Assembly (NCBI GenBank): GCA_900088475.1
Contig: FLMG01001246.1
Location: 1 to 60,172 of the forward strand
Origin: Hyphochytrium catenoides
Lineage: Eukaryota > Protista > Hyphochytriomycota
Direction: 5' to 3'
Length of the DNA stretch: 60,172 nt
In this document: piece after piece, positions 60,165-60,172 of the stretch
How positions within the stretch are numbered: the first letter of the stretch is position 1
How the letters are laid out: each line of letters starts with the position of its first letter
Notes under the pieces: generated by a model
Database searches by the model: none
What the model was told of the DNA's origin: nothing
The model's input: the letters and a program-made list of their open reading frames with translations, nothing else
Position numbers and translations under genes: made by a program

Positions 60165-60172
60165 GTACAAGC

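Noticed and set aside
1-60172. Functional clustering of RNA-related genes (RPC5, MJ1316, tRNA-Tyr, FAM172A, ALKBH8, LTO1)
   Set aside because: The genes are dispersed, on mixed strands and separated by unrelated genes, with no evidence of a shared system.
1-60172. CRISPR array, rRNA, intact transposase or retroelement
   Set aside because: No repeat-spacer periodicity, rRNA motifs or RT/integrase/transposase signatures were seen.

Overview
This is a gene-dense eukaryotic nuclear window with the standard genetic code, short GT-AG introns, CTRAC-type branch points, (TC)n microsatellites and two N-gaps. The gene content suggests a flagellated stramenopile, probably an intron-rich oomycete-like lineage (inference): it includes kinesin-9/KIF6, a GPI-anchored GH17, a VSVEG/TGVLGC Cys-repeat secreted protein and a FYVE-like AGC kinase. 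I reconstructed these spliced genes by hand: a POLR3E fragment, COX16, CCT4 (9 exons), KIF6 (21 exons), NUDT1, LTO1, a TMEM53-like gene, a FAM172A/Arb2-like gene, the FYVE-like AGC kinase (9 exons) and ALKBH8. Genes with intronless coding regions are an MJ1316-domain protein, a 42-aa TPR array, a membrane-anchored S41 peptidase, the Cys-repeat protein, a polytopic membrane protein, an RNI-like LRR protein and the GH17. There is one intron-containing tRNA-Tyr. The most notable unexplained signals are four. First, a candidate structured, U-tract-terminated ncRNA of unrecognised family in the CCT4/KIF6 divergent spacer. Second, several reading frames that keep frame and splice phase but carry internal stop codons. 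Third, a five-CCAAT foldback bidirectional promoter between two surface-protein genes. Fourth, a catalytically degenerate Arb2/FAM172A homologue that the ORF track misses. No CRISPR array, rRNA or intact transposon was recognised. All family assignments are by motif recognition only; no searches were run.
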